Source: Minisyncoccia bacterium | Lineage (GTDB): Bacteria; Patescibacteriota; Minisyncoccia; Phycocordibacterales; UBA9973 | Reading direction: 5' to 3' | NCBI GenBank assembly: GCA_965656375.1 | Contig: CBFHKH010000001.1 | Coordinates: forward strand, 345,319 to 409,318 | DNA: 64,000 nucleotides | Shown here: positions 60,630 to 64,000 of the stretch, piece after piece | Layout: the number at the start of each line of letters is the position of its first letter | Numbering within the stretch: the first letter of the stretch is position 1 | Notes under the pieces: model-generated | Seen by the model: only the letters and a program-made list of their open reading frames with translations | Databases searched by the model: none | Told to the model about the DNA's origin: nothing | Made by a program: the position numbers and the translations under genes

Positions 60630-62621
60630 ATGAATGAATCAACTCAGCACGGCCCTGGCAGTCAAAATCGAAGACCACGAAGCAGTCAGAATAATCGCTT
60701 TCATGCCCGGAAAGCAAATCCTGTGCGCGTATTGCATAAGAACAATACTCCTCACCACACAGGCACACCATCCAAAGGAGGACATGCGCCGCATGCAAGA
60801 ACGCCTCATCCTAAGACAGCAAGCAAATCAAGCTACCAATATGGGAGTGCTAAAGGCGGCAGACGCCCTCGAGCGGCTGCACCTGCCATAAACGAAAAGC
60901 CTGCTCTTCAAAAAAAGAAGACTAATCTAATTCCCCCACCAGCGCCAGGAGTCATTCGGATTATTCCGCTCGGCGGAGTCGAAGAGATTGGTAAGAACAT
61001 GACTGCGATTGAAATCGGTAATGATATTATCGTTATAGACGCAGGAATGCAATTTAAAACAGAAGATACGCCCGGTATCGATTACATTATCCCGAACACT
61101 ACCTATCTTGAAGAGCGTAAGGACAAAATCCGCGGCATGTTTGTCACGCACGGACACCTCGATCACATTGGGGGTATTCCTCTCGTTATGAGCCGCATCG
61201 GCAATCCACCACTGTATTCGCGCAACTTATCCATTCTTCTCATGAAGAAACGTCAAGAAGAATTCCCCCACCTTCCAGCACTCAATTGCCAGATCGTGGA
61301 GAAAGACTCAGTGATCTATGCAGGAGAAATGCGAATCAGATTCTTTGGAGTGACTCATACAGTCCCTGATTCTATGGGCATCATCATAGAGACTCCCTAT
61401 GGATCTATTGTTACTCCTGGTGACTACAAGCTCGACCAGATCGACGGCAAAGTCTCTGATGAAGAAGAAAAAGAATATAAATTCTTTGATAAGGAAAATG
61501 TTCTCCTCCTTTTGACTGACTCTACCAATATAGAGAATGAAGGCTTTTCATTACCAGAATCGAAGGTGAATGAAGGTTTGGGAAGATTGATCCGCTCATG
61601 TAGCGGGCGCATTATTATTGCGGCATTCGCTTCTCATATCACCCGCCTTGTAAAGATCGTCGAGACTGCAGAAGAGCTCGGTAAAAAAGTTGTACTTGAC
61701 GGGCGATCACTCAAAACCAATATGGAAGTTTGCGAGCAGGCTGGTCTCTTCAAACCCAAAAAAGGTACAATCATCCCTGTAGAAGACGCCGATAATTATC
61801 CGCCAAACAAAGTCATCGTGCTGATGACTGGAGCTCAGGGTGAAGAATTTGCTTCGCTCAATCGAGCAGCTAATAAGACCCATAAGAAATTTACCATTAG
61901 AAAAGGAGACACCATTATCCTTTCTGCTTCGATCGTCCCAGGCAATGAAATTTCTGTTCAACACCTCAAAGATAATCTTGCCCGCCACGGAGTAAAGATC
62001 ATAAGCTACAGAACTTCAGAAGAAACAATTCACGCCACTGGTCACGGAAATCAGGAAGACGTAAAATGGCTTCACCGGAAAACACACCCAAAGTTCTTCA
62101 TTCCTATTCACGGCTGGCATTCAATGCTCGTCAAGCATAAGGAAATAGCAATGTCTATCGGCATGAGTGAAGAGAACATTGTAGTTCCAGACAACGGATC
62201 TATTATCGAAATCACCAACGAAGGTACCAAAATCGGTGTCCGAAAAGAAAAGGCACCATCAGGACCGATGATGGTTGATGGATTCTCAGTAGGTGATGAG
62301 CAGGAAGTTGTCATCCGTGATCGAGTGATGCTCGCCCAAGATGGTATGTTCGTCCTTATTGCAACGATTGACTCTACAACTGGCAAGCTTCGCAAATCTC
62401 CAGATATCATCTCACGTGGATTCATCTATCTCAAGGAAAATCAAGAATTACTTCACCAGGTGCGACTCATTATCAAGAAGAGTATTGAGGATGGAACCCG
62501 TGGGATGAATCCTATCAACTTCGACAACATCAAAACTACTCTTGGGGATAATATATCGAAATTCCTTTTCCAAAAAACAGCTAAGCGTCCGCTTGTTATA
62601 CCAGTACTCTTAAGTGTTTAA
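60630..62621 (+). CDS. rnj: ribonuclease J
   Basis: PLGGVEEIGKNM, THGHLDHIG, DSTN, TGAQGE, HATGH, PIHG, SRGF.Y; long basic disordered N-terminus. Confidence 0.95.
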   Translation: MNESTQHGPGSQNRRPRSSQNNRFHARKANPVRVLHKNNTPHHTGTPSKGGHAPHARTPHPKTASKSSYQYGSAKGGRRPRAAAPAINEKPALQKKKTNLIPPPAPGVIRIIPLGGVEEIGKNMTAIEIGNDIIVIDAGMQFKTEDTPGIDYIIPNTTYLEERKDKIRGMFVTHGHLDHIGGIPLVMSRIGNPPLYSRNLSILLMKKRQEEFPHLPALNCQIVEKDSVIYAGEMRIRFFGVTHTVPDSMGIIIETPYGSIVTPGDYKLDQIDGKVSDEEEKEYKFFDKENVLLLLTDSTNIENEGFSLPESKVNEGLGRLIRSCSGRIIIAAFASHITRLVKIVETAEELGKKVVLDGRSLKTNMEVCEQAGLFKPKKGTIIPVEDADNYPPNKVIVLMTGAQGEEFASLNRAANKTHKKFTIRKGDTIILSASIVPGNEISVQHLKDNLARHGVKIISYRTSEETIHATGHGNQEDVKWLHRKTHPKFFIPIHGWHSMLVKHKEIAMSIGMSEENIVVPDNGSIIEITNEGTKIGVRKEKAPSGPMMVDGFSVGDEQEVVIRDRVMLAQDGMFVLIATIDSTTGKLRKSPDIISRGFIYLKENQELLHQVRLIIKKSIEDGTRGMNPINFDNIKTTLGDNISKFLFQKTAKRPLVIPVLLSV

Positions 62622-62627
62622 CATCGT

Positions 62628-63803
62628 ATGAGACTGACTAAGCTCAACCGCATGTATCTTCTCTCGTTCCTCTTTACACTTCATATATCGCTCTCAGCGT
62701 ATGTAAATTCAACATTCCTTGCGGATGTTATCTCACCCGGATATGTGGGCATCATTTATACGATCGCATCACTTGTAACACTATTCTTGCTCTCTGAGAG
62801 TGCTGATATCTTGAAGTATTTTGGCAATCGGAAACTTGCTATAGCGCTCCTTTTGATCAATATGGCCGCCCTCACTGGACTTATTGCCTCAAATGATCCA
62901 TACATAATCGGACTTTCCTTTATCGCATTTTCAGTTACAAATACACTGGTATTTTTCTGTATCGATATCTTTATCGAGCATTTCGGTGATCCCGCTACAA
63001 TCGGCAAAACCCGAGGACTCTATCTCACGATTGGAAGTATCGCATGGATGATCTCCCCCCTTATCACTTCCCTTCTTATCGGGAGCGGTGGAAGTAGTTA
63101 TAGAGTTATCTACTTGATCTCATTCATCGCATGTGCGATTACTGCCCTTGGCCTAGTATTTTCGATTAGGAAATTCACTGATAGCGTATACAAGAAGACT
63201 CCTTTCCTTGCAACCTATCGATATTTAAAGGCGAATCATCACATGCTTGCAATCACAATCATAAACTTTATTCTTCAATTCTTTTATGCATGGATGGTGG
63301 TATACACACCGATATATCTCTTTGAACATCTTGGATTCGGATGGGACCAAATTGGAGTTATGTTTACTATTATGCTTGCTCCATTTGTGATTTTTGACTT
63401 ACCGATCGGTATCTTGATCGACAAATATCACGTAAGCAAACGAAAACTTCTGTACATCGGTATCGGCATTATGAGTATAGCTACGTTCTCTATCGCTTTT
63501 ATTGGAGTAGAAAGTATCGCGCTGTGGGCTCTGGTTCTCTTTTTAACCCGAACCGGAGCTGCAATCGTCGAAACGACATCAGAGATCTATTTCTTCACGC
63601 ATATCACTGAGAGTGATGCGTACCTCCTCGGAGTCTTTCGTGATATGTCTTCTGTCGCATATATCATTGCACCACTTATCGCCACTCTCCTTTTCTTATT
63701 CTTGCCATTCAAATACTTGTTCATTATCCTTTCTTGTATTATCTTAGCTGGACTTTACTACATTCCATATCTAAAATATTCCCATGAACCAAGCAAAAAT
63801 TAG
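62628..63803 (+). CDS. MFS transporter
   Basis: About 12 hydrophobic segments; G.L.DK...RK motif. Confidence 0.8.
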   Translation: MRLTKLNRMYLLSFLFTLHISLSAYVNSTFLADVISPGYVGIIYTIASLVTLFLLSESADILKYFGNRKLAIALLLINMAALTGLIASNDPYIIGLSFIAFSVTNTLVFFCIDIFIEHFGDPATIGKTRGLYLTIGSIAWMISPLITSLLIGSGGSSYRVIYLISFIACAITALGLVFSIRKFTDSVYKKTPFLATYRYLKANHHMLAITIINFILQFFYAWMVVYTPIYLFEHLGFGWDQIGVMFTIMLAPFVIFDLPIGILIDKYHVSKRKLLYIGIGIMSIATFSIAFIGVESIALWALVLFLTRTGAAIVETTSEIYFFTHITESDAYLLGVFRDMSSVAYIIAPLIATLLFLFLPFKYLFIILSCIILAGLYYIPYLKYSHEPSKN

Positions 63804-64000
63804 CACCTATCCAATCAGAATTAATAGATATCTCGCCCTTCACAACTATGCTACCCGCACCGGCGCGGATGATCTTATAAAAAAGGGTTTTGTGACTATC
63901 AATGGTAAACGCGCAATCCTCGGTGATCAAGTAGAAAAAGGAGATGTTGTGGAGGTTAGTACCAAAGCCCCAAAGAAGAACTATGTATATTATGCATACA
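63784..64000 (+). CDS. S4-domain rRNA pseudouridine synthase (RluB/RluF type), truncated by window end
   Basis: MNQAKISTYPIRINRYLA....TR..ADDLI..G.VTING..A.LG..V...D.VEV. Confidence 0.8.
   Translation, partial: MNQAKISTYPIRINRYLALHNYATRTGADDLIKKGFVTINGKRAILGDQVEKGDVVEVSTKAPKKNYVYYAY

Overview
64-kb chromosomal segment of a Patescibacteria (CPR) bacterium, most likely Parcubacteria/Paceibacteria. The assignment rests on a divergent stand-alone 16S rRNA, compact housekeeping proteins (short IF2, RelA without ACT) and sparse metabolism; genetic code 11 fits all ORFs. Core genes include gdhA, pepN, rnhB, dnaE, secA, obgE, rmuC, dnaX, dus, serS, dprA, dapF, topA, relA, parB, clpB, iscS, infB, rbfA, secG and rnj, plus rnpB, 16S rRNA and six tRNAs. 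The most striking signal is at three tRNA loci (Asn, Gln, Leu). Each carries a conserved non-coding scaffold containing an antisense copy of its own tRNA's 3' end, split by a 25-nt covarying hairpin (A-9bp-CTRC-9bp-GT). The same loci carry small gene cassettes delimited by short att-like repeats, with no integrase in the window. Other notable items: the 16S lacks the anti-Shine-Dalgarno while many genes have leaderless-type promoters; an 18-bp palindrome is inserted in frame in rmuC and topA and also in rnpB; a four-helix-bundle gene is bracketed by inverted heptamer arrays; and a pair of mutually complementary small RNAs may lie beside rnpB. All product calls come from motif recognition by eye, not database searches.
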